64,000 nt of DNA from an uncultured delta proteobacterium (GTDB taxonomy: Bacteria; Desulfobacterota; BSN033; UBA1163). Under the pieces are notes generated by a model that worked only from the letters and a program-made list of their open reading frames with translations, was not told the DNA's origin and searched no databases. The translations under genes were made by a program, and so were the position numbers. Position 1 is the stretch's first letter; every line of letters begins with the position of its first letter. The DNA is taken from the NCBI GenBank assembly GCA_963708295.1, contig CAVPSJ010000004.1, positions 96,001 to 160,000 on the forward strand. Reading direction: 5' to 3'. Below, in pieces: positions 52,791 through 64,000 of this stretch.

Positions 52791-54467
52791 TCAGACGATG
52801 GAAGGACGACTTTTCAGGATGGCCCTGCCCCAAGCCTTTTCAAGAAAATAATCCAGGACCTTTTTTGAACTCTTTTCTTTCTCAGCCAATATCCTTCCCC
52901 CAGAATCCTTTCTCAGACTGAAGAAAGACCTTTCGCTATCAAGCAGCAAAACCAAATCGACCCAAGTCATCGTATCGCCATCAACCTTAGGATCAGACCT
53001 CCTTTTCTCTTTCAAGATCTTGAAGAGTTCCTTCCATGTCATTCCCTCTTCTAATTCTTTTTCATCCATCTCCCCCTTGATAAAATTAATGACCCTTGCC
53101 AGGCGAAAGAGGGTTAATAAATCCAGCCGATTAAATCCCTTTGTCTCGATGGGAAAGGCGCTGGAACGCCACTGGACGGGGTGAGGGGGAAGGATACCCT
53201 CCTTGCTACATCTCTCAAAGAGAGGAGTCCCCGGCGTAGGGTAATAGATACTCGGGCCGATGAGGACTTTTTCCCCCATCAAATAAATCAACGTATCCGC
53301 CATCTCCTCGACGGCTTGGCCAGGCATACCCAGGATGGCATAGGCAATCACGTGAAGACCAATCTGTGCTGCCCTTTCCACGATTCTATCGAATTCAGTC
53401 GATGGCTTAGGTCTTCCCATCCTTTCTTTGGTTGAAGGATCTGTGCTGACATAGGAAAGATTAATCGTATGGAAACCTGCGGTTTTCATCAGCCTGAGGA
53501 GTTCTCCATCGAGAGAAGCAAAAGAGATTCCGTTCATCGCAGAAAACTCCATTTTCCGTTCTCCAAAGGTTTCGATCATGAGGCTCATCAACCGCTTTGC
53601 CCGTTCCTGATCAAAGGTGAAATTGTCGTCTTCAATGTCAAAATTCTCGATTCCATACTGCTCCTGGCAGGTCATCATCTCTTCGAGAATGGCTTCTGGA
53701 GATCGAGTTCTGAAAGAAGTGCCCATCACAAGATGGGCTGAACAGTAGGCGCATCGATGAGGGCAACCCCTGCTCGTGATGATCATGGTGGATCGTTTCT
53801 TTCTCATCCGATATCGATCCAGATCGAGCAATGCCCGGGCAGGATGAGGAAGGGAATCGAGATCCCGGATGAAATTCTGAAGAGTGTTGATCCGTATTTC
53901 TCCATCCTTCCGATACCCGATCCCGTCGATCTTTTTGATGCTTCCCGGTTTTCCCCTTTCAATCTGTTCCAGAAGAAGAGCAAAGCGAACCTCTCCTTCC
54001 CCTAAGACGACATAATCAACAGAAGGGCTCCGCAGGACGCCTTCCGGATCGCAACTGGCATGGGCCCCTCCCATGACAACAATGTTCCTTTTGTCCCTTT
54101 CTTTTATGATCCGGGCAATCTCCAGGGCTTCACCATGATAGGGGGTAAAAGAAGAAGAGATTCCAAAGACATCGGCATTCGAGGCTCCAACCTTCTTCCG
54201 TATGTCGTGCCAATCCATTCCGAAATGGTAAAAACCGGAATAGAGCTTGAAAGGACTTCGATCATTGAAAGGATAGAAATCTTTAAGATAGGAAAGTTCC
54301 GAAGGCAGGGGAATCGACTTTTTCTTCTCTGTCTGGCAGTCGAGAATCTCCAGCTCGTGGCCGTTTCTCTTCAGTGAGGCAGCAAGATAAGCCAAACCAA
54401 TGGGCTGGGTCCGAATGGAGGTTTGATAAAAATCCCGGACGGGCGGTTGAATGAGAAGGATTTTCAT
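52791..54467 (-). CDS. B12-binding radical SAM protein
   Basis: PIGLAYLAA, GGAHAS, GEGE, SRGCPHRCAYC. Confidence 0.9.
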   Translation of the reverse strand: MKILLIQPPVRDFYQTSIRTQPIGLAYLAASLKRNGHELEILDCQTEKKKSIPLPSELSYLKDFYPFNDRSPFKLYSGFYHFGMDWHDIRKKVGASNADVFGISSSFTPYHGEALEIARIIKERDKRNIVVMGGAHASCDPEGVLRSPSVDYVVLGEGEVRFALLLEQIERGKPGSIKKIDGIGYRKDGEIRINTLQNFIRDLDSLPHPARALLDLDRYRMRKKRSTMIITSRGCPHRCAYCSAHLVMGTSFRTRSPEAILEEMMTCQEQYGIENFDIEDDNFTFDQERAKRLMSLMIETFGERKMEFSAMNGISFASLDGELLRLMKTAGFHTINLSYVSTDPSTKERMGRPKPSTEFDRIVERAAQIGLHVIAYAILGMPGQAVEEMADTLIYLMGEKVLIGPSIYYPTPGTPLFERCSKEGILPPHPVQWRSSAFPIETKGFNRLDLLTLFRLARVINFIKGEMDEKELEEGMTWKELFKILKEKRRSDPKVDGDTMTWVDLVLLLDSERSFFSLRKDSGGRILAEKEKSSKKVLDYFLEKAWGRAILKSRPSIV

Positions 54468-54548
54468 ATTCCTTAGGTAACTAAGAATGAGTATAGTTGC
54501 TTGGATCGGAACTGTCCATTCTATGAATAGACAGGCAGGGGGGGAGAA

Positions 54549-55469
54549 TTAATCTTTGGGGTCTGTTTCCTCTGCGATCATGCCGTAGACATTATACGAA
54601 GGAGGGGTCCCTCTTTTCTCCGCGGAGATGGTTATTTCCTTGTAGTGAGGATTGGACTTGCGATTACGGGCAATCATTGCCTTCACCACATCCCACCCTA
54701 TCTTATTTTGTTTTCCCATTTCGGTAATTTCTTCCAGGGCTGTTCGATTATCGTAGGCTCCCGATCGATAGGGTCTGGGCATGATCAGCGCGTCGTAAAC
54801 ATCACAAGCCGCGATGATTTCTACCATTGGATCTTCGAGCAGGATGCCTCGAGGATATCCCGACTGATCTCTCCTTTCATGATGTTCAAGAGCCACCTTG
54901 CAGCCAAGGTGCTGGTGATCCTTGTAGTAATAACTGAGAAGAACATAGCCCGCTGCGCTGTGATGTTCGAGAAATCCCCGTTCCCTCTTGGTGAGGGGGG
55001 TCGTCTTTTTCAGGATCTGCAGGGGCACACAGAGCTTTCCGGCATCGTGGGTCGGACCGGTGGCGGACAACCGGATGCGCTCCTGGTAGTCGGGTAGCAG
55101 ATCCTTGGTTAAAATCGTAGACAAAAAAAACACCATGAGCACATGGGAATAGGTGTAAAAGTCATGCTCCCTGAAATAATCCAGCGATTGCAAGATGGGA
55201 ACGGGATACTGGACGGTCTCTAAAAGGCTCAGGATATGGTTGATTTCCTTCTGGTCCGAAAAAATGGTCACAAAGGGAGGGGCGCCAAGAAAATCTAAGA
55301 GATCCTGTTTGACTGACCCATAAAAAAGGAGGGAAGATGTCTGATAGGAAGAAGGCCCGTGAGAATGGATAAGTGCATCCAGGGTCTCTCCCGTCAGAAG
55401 GACCCGCTGAGGAAACAATAACTGGTGATCCAGTGTACGTACCGGATATTGAAGTATTAATCCAGGCAT
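54549..55469 (-). CDS. HD-GYP domain phosphodiesterase
   Basis: HDAGK, HHERRDQSGYP, DVYDAL..RPYR. Confidence 0.85.
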   Translation of the reverse strand: MPGLILQYPVRTLDHQLLFPQRVLLTGETLDALIHSHGPSSYQTSSLLFYGSVKQDLLDFLGAPPFVTIFSDQKEINHILSLLETVQYPVPILQSLDYFREHDFYTYSHVLMVFFLSTILTKDLLPDYQERIRLSATGPTHDAGKLCVPLQILKKTTPLTKRERGFLEHHSAAGYVLLSYYYKDHQHLGCKVALEHHERRDQSGYPRGILLEDPMVEIIAACDVYDALIMPRPYRSGAYDNRTALEEITEMGKQNKIGWDVVKAMIARNRKSNPHYKEITISAEKRGTPPSYNVYGMIAEETDPKD

Positions 55470-55652
55470 ATTGGAACACTTTTGCCGGTTAAGTTATCAT
55501 TTTGAATGAATGAATGTCAACACATTTTAGAAATTTTTGAAATTGTGCCCCAAGCCAACTCAGGGGTGTCCCATGTTTTGGGAATTGCAGAAGCGATGAT
55601 TGCAGGGGAATGATCCTATTACGAAAAAAAGATGGTTTTTCTTACGGGCTCG

Positions 55653-56048
55653 CTAGGCAGTGTACACTGTTTTTTGTCCAATGTCGATTAAGAAATTCTT
55701 CAGAACGGTCATATCTTCTGTGCAGATATTCACGAATCTCACTCCAGTCTGATAATCCCATGACCAATCCTTCCTCATATGAAGATCCATCCAGACCACC
55801 TCGACGGACGCCATGATGGTATTGAGTTCGGACGGAGAGGAAAGGAATAGTTTCAGGGCGATATGTTGACCAACCTGCATCTCCTCTGGAAGGCGAAGCA
55901 GTAATCCCCCCTCGCTGGCGTTCACCGCCCGAGCGTATTTGAGGAACAATTGGCTTCTACCATACTTAATCGGCAAATCACAACTAAATCTCGGATACTT
56001 TCTTTTTTCTGAAGTCGCTGAGGCAACACTTTTTTCCGTTGACTCCAT
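55653..56048 (-). CDS. PilZ-domain protein
   Basis: EKRKYPR, NASEGG. Confidence 0.85.
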   Translation of the reverse strand: MESTEKSVASATSEKRKYPRFSCDLPIKYGRSQLFLKYARAVNASEGGLLLRLPEEMQVGQHIALKLFLSSPSELNTIMASVEVVWMDLHMRKDWSWDYQTGVRFVNICTEDMTVLKNFLIDIGQKTVYTA

Positions 56049-56084
56049 CGGATTGCTCCTGTTTGAATTTCTTAACGAACTGTG

Positions 56085-56100
56085 AGCAAGAACTATACCA
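56085..56100 (-). promoter_or_regulatory. Sigma54 promoter
   Basis: TGGTATAGTTCTTGCT upstream of the PilZ gene. Confidence 0.65.
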
Positions 56101-56358
56101 GAATGAGATTAACCGATTTAGCCTCATAACTATCTAAAACTTAAGGCTTTATTTAAGAATTGTGCAAAGATTTCCCCTGCCGGGGAGTGACATATTGTCG
56201 GAAATAGAACGATTTTGGGCAAATATTTGTTTTGACTTGCGAATGCGATAGGATAAGATGTATAAGAGAATCCCAAGGTGGGATTGCTATCAAAAGGGGC
56301 GCCTTGAATTCTTGAGTTTAGTTGCTAGATTTAAAATGGGAAGGAAAGGAGAAAAAAG

Positions 56359-56862
56359 ATGATTCCAAAGATCAGGAAGATCCTGTACGCCACCGACCTC
56401 AGTAAGAATTCTGCTTATGCGTTTTTGTTTGCGACGGATGTTGCAAGAAGGCACGACGCAAAGATTGTCATGTTGCATGCGATTGAACCCGTCCCCGCTT
56501 ACGCAGCAGCTTATACAGGGATTACAGATGAATTGAAACGGAAGCAGCAGGAGGAGACCGTCGCTGAAATTAGAAATCGCCTGGGAGAATTCTGCCAAAA
56601 AGCAGAGGCCCAAATTGGCCCCCCCTGCACGGACCTTGTATCCAAAATCCTTGTTCCCCGGGGCCATCCCCCCGAGGAGATCTTGAATGCTGCGGATGAA
56701 GAAGGATGCGACTTGATTGTCCTTGGAACCCATGGAAAGGGATTCTTGGCGCATACGTTCCTTGGAAGTGTCTCGAGTGCCATATTGAATCGAACCAAAA
56801 AACCGGTTTTTATCATTCCTTTGCCGCCTGAAACAACAACTCTGGAGTGGGATGGAGCGTGA
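56359..56862 (+). CDS. Universal stress protein
   Basis: KILYATDLS, DLIVLGTHGKG..LGSVS. Confidence 0.95.
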   Translation: MIPKIRKILYATDLSKNSAYAFLFATDVARRHDAKIVMLHAIEPVPAYAAAYTGITDELKRKQQEETVAEIRNRLGEFCQKAEAQIGPPCTDLVSKILVPRGHPPEEILNAADEEGCDLIVLGTHGKGFLAHTFLGSVSSAILNRTKKPVFIIPLPPETTTLEWDGA

Positions 56863-57037
56863 TGGAATTTCATTCAATTTCAAAACACCAAGGCAGTGTC
56901 AGAGATGGCTCTGCCTTGCCCTGGCAAACAGAACCACTTTTTTTCCTAAAGGTCTCCAAATTCTTCAACGGATTTCGTTTCCGGTTTCGGTACCTCCCCA
57001 CCCCCCCCATCTCCCTATCTCCGCAAATCCTTAGAAG

Positions 57038-57769
57038 TCAACTCAGGTCACCCAGTTCATACTGGAGAATTCCTACCAACGTGATGGCTGCGGTCTCCGT
57101 CCTCAAAATACGCTGCCCCAATTTGATGGGGATAAATCTCTTCTCTTTTGCCCACGCGACTTCGCCCTCGGTGAACCCCCCCTCCGGCCCAACCATCACA
57201 TAAATCCTTTGAGTGGGATGTTGCCTCACAACACTCTTCAGATTCTCGCCCTCCCTTTCCCAAAGAAGTATCCTCAACCCATCTTGATTCCAATCCTCCA
57301 ACACCTGTTGAAAGGATCGGCATTCTCCCACATAAGGAACCTTTGCTCTTCTCGATTGCTGGACCGCCTTAACAGCGACGAATTGCCACCGGTGGGCTTT
57401 CTTCTGTTTTCCCTCCCTCTCCTTCAGGGAGGCGGATCTTTCCGATTCAAAGGGAAGGATGGCCGAGACCCCTAGTTCCGTGGCCTTCTGGATGATCATC
57501 TCCATTCTCTCTTTTTCCGGGAGGGCCTGAAGAAGAATGATCTCCAGAGAGGATTCGGTCGGTGAAGGAAATGCCTCAAAGATAAAGATGGAAGCCTCTG
57601 TCTCGGAGAGACGAAGGACCCTTCCTCTGAAGTCATTTCCTCCGGCATCTGTCAGGGTGATGAGACTTCCCTCCCGGCCCCCCTGAAAGCGAAGGGCCTC
57701 CCAAGGAGGCCCTTTCACCACAATTTCTTTTCCGGTATCAACCTTCCGGTCGACAACAATTCTATCCAT
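57038..57769 (-). CDS. rsmE: 16S rRNA m3U1498 methyltransferase
   Basis: QKATELGV, VGPEGGF, LGQRILRTETA. Confidence 0.9.
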   Translation of the reverse strand: MDRIVVDRKVDTGKEIVVKGPPWEALRFQGGREGSLITLTDAGGNDFRGRVLRLSETEASIFIFEAFPSPTESSLEIILLQALPEKERMEMIIQKATELGVSAILPFESERSASLKEREGKQKKAHRWQFVAVKAVQQSRRAKVPYVGECRSFQQVLEDWNQDGLRILLWEREGENLKSVVRQHPTQRIYVMVGPEGGFTEGEVAWAKEKRFIPIKLGQRILRTETAAITLVGILQYELGDLS

Positions 57770-60242
57770 CGCAAGAAGGCTTCCCTTTTTTCTTCTTTTT
57801 CCCCCCGTTGCCTTCTTCCCCTCCTTCAAATTCCTTGATCTTGGCCCCCAATTCTCTCAGCTTATTATCGACCCGGTCATTCACTGTTCCTTCTTTGAAG
57901 CGTCCGTTTTCCAAACTCTCCCCTGCCTCCATCCCTGTAAGAATCTCAATTCCCTGGTCAATGGTCTTCACCGGATAGACACGGAATTTGCCCTCCTTCA
58001 CCGCCTGCACAACATCCTTTCGCAACATCAAATCATCGACATTGAGATGAGGAATCATCACCCCTTGCTTGCCGGTCAATCCCTTTGCCTTGCACACATC
58101 AAAGAATCCCTCGACCTTTTCGTTGACCCCGCCAATAGGCTGAATCTCTCCTTTTTGATTGACCGAACCGGTCACGGCGATGTCTTGCCGTAGGGGGAGG
58201 CCGGAGATGCTTGAGAGCAACGCATAGATCTCTGTGGACGAAGCGCTGTCTCCTTCCACCCCGCTATAAGACTGCTCAAAACAGAGGCTGGCACTCATGG
58301 TAATCGGTTTGTCCTGGGCGTATTTCCCCCGGAGGTATCCGTTGAGAATATAGACTCCCTTGTTATGAATGGGGCCGCTCATCTCCGCTTCTCTCTCGAT
58401 ATTGATAATCCCCGCCTTCCCCAACGAAGTTTTTGCCGTGATCCGGGATGGCTTTCCGAACATGTAATCTCCAAGATTATAAACGGAGAGGCCATTGACC
58501 TGCCCCACGACCATCCCATCGGAGTCAATCAGGATGGTTCCGTTATCGATCATTTCCTGAATCTTTTCCTCAATCAGGTTCACCCGGTAATTCCTCCGTT
58601 CAATTGCCTGATCCACCTGTTTTTCTGTAATCACCTCACTTCCGTCCTTCTCTGCCCAGTAGTTCGCCTCCCTCAAGAGGTCGGCAATGAGGTGAAACCG
58701 AGTTGAAAGCTTTTTCTGCCTTCCCGTGATCCTCACCCCGTGCTCCACCACCGCTGCAATCCCCGTCTTATCGAGGGGTCTCAATTTATCCTCATCGCAG
58801 ATTTTCCGAATAAAGGAGGCGTACTGCCCGATCTTGTCATTGTCGTTGTTCATCACGGAATCGAAGTCTGCCTTGATTTTGAAAATTTTCTTGAAATCAT
58901 CGTCCAGGCTGTAAAGAAGATAATAGATTTGAGTATCTCCGATCAGGATGACTTTTGTATTACACTCCGTAGGCTCCGGTTTGAGGGCGGATGTGGAAAA
59001 GAAGTAAAAGGGGTCATAGGTCTGGATCTCGATGACCTGGTTCTTCAATGTCCTTTTCAACGCAGGCCAAACCCCCGGCTCCATGAGGGCATCCAGGGCA
59101 TTGAAGATCAGATAACCTCCGTTGGCCCTTAAGAAGGAGCCCGCTTTGATATGGAGAAAGTCGGTCTTCCAAATCCCTGAACGCTCAACGACCCTTTCGA
59201 TGGTGCCGAAAAGATTCCGGTAGTTGGGAGTCGTCTCGACAATGGTGGGAGCTCCTTTTGTCTCCGAATTGTCCACCAACACGTTCACCTGGTATTCACT
59301 GAAAGAATCCACTGTTTGAGGCAAGACCAACCCCGGGATAGGAGGAGGCGTTTCTTCTTTTTCTCTGAAACGGCCAAGATTCGTCAAGATATCTTCCTGA
59401 ACTTCGTCCAGATATTGATGAACCCTTTCGTGGTCAAACTTTTCCTTAATATCGGAAATGGAGTCCTTGACCGCTGGAGAGATGACCTCGTTGTCCAAGG
59501 AAGTCAGCACCTCTTTGATCTCCTTCTCCGATTTCCGGGTCTCTTTGAAGATATCCTCCAATTCATTGACCAGATGGGTTTGCTTCTCTTTAAGCTTCTC
59601 GAGTTCCTCTCTAGAGAATTTATTCTCCTCCACCATGGACTCCAATTGTTCCATGTTGACAGGGTTTCCCTCGACGAGGGGGAAGATGCCAGGACGGGAG
59701 TAAGGGCCCATTTGAATCTGAACTAGGGCAAAACCCTCTTTATTCACCTTCTTTTCAAACTCCCGGAACATCTCCGCCTGCTTGTTCCGAAATTTTTCAA
59801 CCACCTCTTTCTTCTTATTGAGGTAGGTCTCGTTCTCAAACAACAGGGGGATCTTCTTTTTCAGAGTTTCGATCAAGTTCTCCATCTCTTTTTTGAAGGC
59901 ATTCCCCTGCCCTGGAGGAAGGCTGAGCATATGGGGCATATCCTGGTTCTTGAAGTTATTGACGTAACAAAAATCGTTAGGGATCTTGCTCTCTATGTTT
60001 AGTTCTTCCAAAATGCATTTGATCGTGGTAAAGCGTCCCGTTCCGGTCAAGCCCGTGACAAAGATATTGTACCCAACATTATGGATGTTCAATCCTAATC
60101 GGATCGCCTCCTGGGCCCTCTCCTGACCGATAACCTCCTCGCAGGCTTTGACTGTCTGAGTGGTCTCAAATGGCAATGCCTCTGGATCACAACGCCACCT
60201 TAATTTTTCAACGGGAACTTCTTCGTAAGGTCGATTTGACAT
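57762..60242 (-). CDS. Lon-like protease (LonC type, S16)
   Basis: IGQERA, GQVNGL, FEQSY..GDSASS, IGGVNEK; atypical Walker A GTGRFT. Confidence 0.9.
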   Translation of the reverse strand: MSNRPYEEVPVEKLRWRCDPEALPFETTQTVKACEEVIGQERAQEAIRLGLNIHNVGYNIFVTGLTGTGRFTTIKCILEELNIESKIPNDFCYVNNFKNQDMPHMLSLPPGQGNAFKKEMENLIETLKKKIPLLFENETYLNKKKEVVEKFRNKQAEMFREFEKKVNKEGFALVQIQMGPYSRPGIFPLVEGNPVNMEQLESMVEENKFSREELEKLKEKQTHLVNELEDIFKETRKSEKEIKEVLTSLDNEVISPAVKDSISDIKEKFDHERVHQYLDEVQEDILTNLGRFREKEETPPPIPGLVLPQTVDSFSEYQVNVLVDNSETKGAPTIVETTPNYRNLFGTIERVVERSGIWKTDFLHIKAGSFLRANGGYLIFNALDALMEPGVWPALKRTLKNQVIEIQTYDPFYFFSTSALKPEPTECNTKVILIGDTQIYYLLYSLDDDFKKIFKIKADFDSVMNNDNDKIGQYASFIRKICDEDKLRPLDKTGIAAVVEHGVRITGRQKKLSTRFHLIADLLREANYWAEKDGSEVITEKQVDQAIERRNYRVNLIEEKIQEMIDNGTILIDSDGMVVGQVNGLSVYNLGDYMFGKPSRITAKTSLGKAGIINIEREAEMSGPIHNKGVYILNGYLRGKYAQDKPITMSASLCFEQSYSGVEGDSASSTEIYALLSSISGLPLRQDIAVTGSVNQKGEIQPIGGVNEKVEGFFDVCKAKGLTGKQGVMIPHLNVDDLMLRKDVVQAVKEGKFRVYPVKTIDQGIEILTGMEAGESLENGRFKEGTVNDRVDNKLRELGAKIKEFEGGEEGNGGKKKKKGKPSCDG

Positions 60243-60334
60243 AGACTCCCCCCTCTTGATTTGAGTTGCGCCTTGTATCATTTCTAATTTACTACCAGAA
60301 CGAGCGAAAAGTCAACGTGGTTTTCGTGGTTTTC

Positions 60335-60466
60335 AAATGTGACACGGGAAGCTCAAATGACAAAATATCAAAATCCAAATGCTCAGCTAGCCTCGGATTT
60401 GATTTGATCGTTGAGCTTCGGACATTGAATATTTCTTTGAGGTTTGAAAATTGGATCTCAGACTTT
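60335..60466. repeat. Degenerate mirrored heptamer-like element
   Basis: CAAATGACAAAATATCAAAATCCAAAT..TTTGATTTGA..TTTGAGGTTTGAAAATTGGA. Confidence 0.45.
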
Positions 60467-61384
60467 TTAGATACCCTCTTTGGCGAGCTCCTGGATTAAC
60501 TCTCTGTTCTTTTCCGATACCTTCTTGGGGATCCTGACAATCACCTTCACATATTCGTCCCCTCTCCCTTCCCCCTGGAAATGAGGTATCCCAAGACCCT
60601 TCAACCGCATCTTCGTATGGCTCTGGGTCCCCGAGGGAATCTTCACTTTCTTCACTCCCTCCAGAGTGGGAACTTCGACAGTCGTCCCCAGGACAGCATC
60701 TGAGAAATTGATTTCTTTCTCCACGATGAGGTCATCTCCCTCCCGGCTGAAGACGGGATGCTCTCGGATGGAGACTTGAAGATAGAGATCACCCGGAGGA
60801 CCTCCGTTTCTCCCTCCCATCCCCTTTCCAGAGAGCCTGAGCTTCTTTCCCGAAGGGATACCCTGTGGAATTTTCACGGAAACTTCCTCAATCTTGCCGT
60901 TTTTCCGGTATGAAATTCTCTTTTCTCCTCCAAACGCGGCTTCTTCCAAAGAAATGGACATCTCGTAAACGATATCTTCTCCCCGCTGGGGCATTCGACC
61001 CGCGTCCTGATAGCCCCCTTGTTTGCCGAAGAGATCTCCAAAATCAAAGCCACCCCGGCCCCCATATCGGAACTCCCGTCTTCCCCTTGACCCAAAAAGG
61101 CCGGACAAGATCTCATCAAAGTCAAATCCCCTGAAAATGTCTTCTTGAGTGAACCGCTGCTGGAACCCTTCGGCGCCGAAGGTGTCGTACTGCTTCCGCT
61201 TCTCCTTATCGCTCAGGACGGCATAAGCCTCATTGATCTCTTTAAACCGTTCTTCGGCCTCTTTCTTGTTCGGGTTTCGGTCGGGATGATATTTCATCGC
61301 CAGCTTCCGATAGGCCTTTTTTATTTCTTCGTCGCTCGCGTTCTTGGCCACGCCCAAAATGCTGTAGTAATCTTTCGCTGCCAT
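60467..61384 (-). CDS. DnaJ-class chaperone without zinc finger (CbpA-like)
   Basis: HPD J-domain, G/F region, DnaJ C-terminal domain. Confidence 0.95.
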   Translation of the reverse strand: MAAKDYYSILGVAKNASDEEIKKAYRKLAMKYHPDRNPNKKEAEERFKEINEAYAVLSDKEKRKQYDTFGAEGFQQRFTQEDIFRGFDFDEILSGLFGSRGRREFRYGGRGGFDFGDLFGKQGGYQDAGRMPQRGEDIVYEMSISLEEAAFGGEKRISYRKNGKIEEVSVKIPQGIPSGKKLRLSGKGMGGRNGGPPGDLYLQVSIREHPVFSREGDDLIVEKEINFSDAVLGTTVEVPTLEGVKKVKIPSGTQSHTKMRLKGLGIPHFQGEGRGDEYVKVIVRIPKKVSEKNRELIQELAKEGI

Positions 61385-63180
61385 TATTCCTTATCCTCAA
61401 CCCTTTGGTCTGACTGTCGTCTGTAGATCTCGCGAATCGCCCGGTTGAGGTATCCCTCCGGATCATCGACTGTTTCCTTGGTTACAATGAACTCTCTTTG
61501 ACCCGTCTTATCCCGGATCAGCTCGAACCCGTACTCAAAATCTTTTGAAAGCTTGGAGAAGAGGGCTGTCCCCTTGCCTTCCTCCTTCAGGATGATCTCC
61601 GTGACCCGATGAATGGCCTCCTCGCTAAATTGGAGGTCAATTCCGGTCCGGCGCTGAAAATCCCTCTCAAACTCTTCCACCTTTCGTTGAATCTCCACCA
61701 CTTCTTCGGAAACGGTGTTGACATCAAACCCTCTTTCAATCATCCGATTGACGATGAGGTCGATCCGGCCCTCCCGGAAAACAATCCCGTAACGTTTCTT
61801 AAATTCTGCCTCTCTGCCCACGATCGATTCTTTTAAGACCGCCTTCTCCCTTGAAAGAAGGGTTTCAAATTTCTCCAGCACCTCCGGATCGGTAGGATTC
61901 TCCAGCAATCGTCCTAATGCCCGTTCCGGATCTTCCACTACCGCTCGTGTAACGACAAACTTCGGGATATCGGTGGAGGGCAGCCGCTTTTCGAATTTGA
62001 TGAGAATTTTCTCAACCGCACTGACCAAGCCTCTGGCACCCGTCTTTTCTTCGTAAGCCTTGACAGCCAGTTCATAGAGGGCTTCCTCTTCAAACTGAAT
62101 GTCGATGCCATAGGATTTGAAATCTTTCTTTTTTCCGAGGATGATGGGGTTATTGGGATTCTTCAGAATCGCGTAGAGGTCATCCACCTCCAGTTTTTCA
62201 AAAACCGTCGTCACCGGTAGCCGCCCGATGAATTCCGATTCGAACCCATAAGCGATCAAATCCTCTGCCTTTACCTGTCTCAGATAATCCGCGCGTTCGT
62301 CCTTCGAACGGATCTCGGCCCCGAAACCAATCTCTTCTCGATTCAAGCGCTTCTTGGCGATCTCCTCCAGGCCATTGAAGGCCCCGCTCATAATAAACAG
62401 GATATTCTTGGTATTGATGGCCCGTTTTTCCCTTTTTCCCGTCTTCCGGTAATGTTCGATCGCCTCCAGCTGGGAGATCGGGTCATGGGGAACTTTTAGA
62501 TCCACCTCGGTCTCTTCCATGGGCTTGAGCAGAGCCCGTTGAACTCCCGTCCTAGACACATCCGGACCGATCAGATTGTTCGAGGAGGCAATCTTATCGA
62601 TTTCATCTACATAAATGATTCCATACTGTGCCAGATCCATGTCTCCGTTGGCTTCATAAACGAGATCCCTGACGAGATCTTCCACGTCGCCACCGACATA
62701 ACCGGTCTCGCTGAACTTGGTTGCATCCCCTTTCACAAAAGGGACTCCAATCTTGTTGGCAATCAACTTGATCAGGTAGGTTTTCCCCACTCCGGTGGGG
62801 CCAATCATCAAGATGTTATTCTTGATATGGCCTACCCCTTCGTATCGATTTCGCCCTCGGGTCATTTCAGTGAACTTGATCCGATTGAAGTGGGTACAGA
62901 TTTTGGTGGACAGGATCTCTTTGGCTCCATCCTGTCGAATGATGTAATCATTCAGAAAGGCTTCCAGCTCCTCCGGTTTCAGGTCGAAATGAATCTTCTT
63001 TTTCCCCTCGCCCTGTTCCTTTTCCTCTTTCGAAACCTCTTCGGTCTCGGGTTTCGGGAAAAGCATCGGCACGACCAGTCGAATCCGGTCTCCGTACTTC
63101 TTCCCCAGGTATTCGTTCAGTTCCTTTTCCAGGTCTTTCTGATCCGGAACTTTCGAGTCAGAATCTTTCATCGATATCAA
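61384..63180 (-). CDS. ClpX-like AAA+ ATPase with C-terminal extension
   Basis: [35 protein letters not shown]. Confidence 0.9.
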   Translation of the reverse strand: MISMKDSDSKVPDQKDLEKELNEYLGKKYGDRIRLVVPMLFPKPETEEVSKEEKEQGEGKKKIHFDLKPEELEAFLNDYIIRQDGAKEILSTKICTHFNRIKFTEMTRGRNRYEGVGHIKNNILMIGPTGVGKTYLIKLIANKIGVPFVKGDATKFSETGYVGGDVEDLVRDLVYEANGDMDLAQYGIIYVDEIDKIASSNNLIGPDVSRTGVQRALLKPMEETEVDLKVPHDPISQLEAIEHYRKTGKREKRAINTKNILFIMSGAFNGLEEIAKKRLNREEIGFGAEIRSKDERADYLRQVKAEDLIAYGFESEFIGRLPVTTVFEKLEVDDLYAILKNPNNPIILGKKKDFKSYGIDIQFEEEALYELAVKAYEEKTGARGLVSAVEKILIKFEKRLPSTDIPKFVVTRAVVEDPERALGRLLENPTDPEVLEKFETLLSREKAVLKESIVGREAEFKKRYGIVFREGRIDLIVNRMIERGFDVNTVSEEVVEIQRKVEEFERDFQRRTGIDLQFSEEAIHRVTEIILKEEGKGTALFSKLSKDFEYGFELIRDKTGQREFIVTKETVDDPEGYLNRAIREIYRRQSDQRVEDKE

Positions 63181-63291
63181 ACTCCTTTTTCCGCGCCATT
63201 TACTCCAGTTAATATAACCATTACTTCCTTATTTTTCAACTCACCGATGGGAGGTGGGGGGTGAACCGAGAATGGGATGAAGAAGATAGGG

Positions 63292-64000
63292 TTAAATGAA
63301 CTGGATGGACTTCAGTCTATCTTCCTCCCAAAGGAAACGGCGTCTCCTTCTTTTCCGATAGCCTTTCCGGTACTGTATGATAGCCCCGACCACGAGGGGA
63401 AGGGCCACCGTCGCGTCCATATAGACGACCGCATAGCTTGACCTTTTCTCAATTTTCCCCCAAGACTTCGCTTCTTCGAAGGTACAGCCGGAGAGCCCCC
63501 CCCATTTGGGATCATCCGTGGTGACCTGGAAGGCATACCGATGGCCACTTCCCTTTTGGAACAGGAGGTCACTGACGGGTCCCAATTGTTGAATATAATT
63601 CTTGGGAACCCCTCCTCCAATATAGATCGCCCCGGTGACGGAAGCCATTTTCTTCAATTGGGCGATCTCGAAGCTGTCTCGAATCTGGTCGATGATGAAT
63701 CCTTCCGAGGAGATCTTCTCTTGGAGATGGAGAAAGGTAAGACCGATTCCAATGGAACTGTCGCTCAGGGCAGGAATAAAGATGGGAACCCCGTATCGGG
63801 ATGCGGTGCGGAGGATCGATCCCTCATCTTTGAGGGCGCTCCCTAGAACCTCTAGAATATCGCCTGGAGGAAATCACCCTCTCCTCCAACTTCTCCGGGA
63901 CGTTTGAGAGAAGGCGTATCACCCGGTTGATTTCATGGTCATCCATCAGAGCATCATAAACTCGCACGATACGATGTTTGCGCAGGACATCGTCACTGAC
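63292..64000 (-). CDS. Deoxyhypusine/homospermidine synthase-like protein (partial, frameshifted)
   Basis: PIFIPALSDSSIG, GGGVPKN, GGLSGCTFEEAKSWGK, DATVALP. Confidence 0.85.

Noticed and set aside
1-64000. tRNA, rRNA, selC, integrase or transposase genes
   Set aside because: None recognised by eye; tRNAscan-SE and Infernal would be needed to exclude them

Overview
Chromosomal window from an anaerobic deltaproteobacterium-like organism (Desulfobacterota/Syntrophia-type gene content; taxonomy is inferred). Many genes in 1-31 kb, 48-50 kb and 63-64 kb are split by single-base frameshifts, most likely long-read assembly errors, so I merged those fragments. Contents: molybdenum genes (MOT1, moaE, modE); two chromate transporters; a long minus-strand metal/envelope cluster under a sigma54 promoter (three Spy/CpxP-like proteins, ECF sigma/anti-sigma, two MacB/LolCDE-type ABC systems); cytochrome c peroxidase; AOR; a di-heme sensor kinase; a GC-rich two-gene insert; an acyl-CoA/acetate operon; a 2-oxoacid oxidoreductase operon; a c-di-GMP region (GEMM-I riboswitch, two PilZ proteins, GGDEF, HD-GYP); and a Lon/DnaJ/ClpX-like cluster. 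The strongest hidden signal is missed by the ORF track: a rhodanese-domain gene (37404-37727, minus strand) whose active-site loop has two in-frame UGA codons (Y-U-G-U-H) followed by a SECIS-like hairpin, i.e. a candidate double-selenocysteine (UxU) protein. The window also has many small palindromic/MITE-like elements, some nested and one inserted in frame in an ABC permease, plus mirrored 7-8-mer arrays between operon genes. I found no rRNA, tRNA, CRISPR array or transposase.
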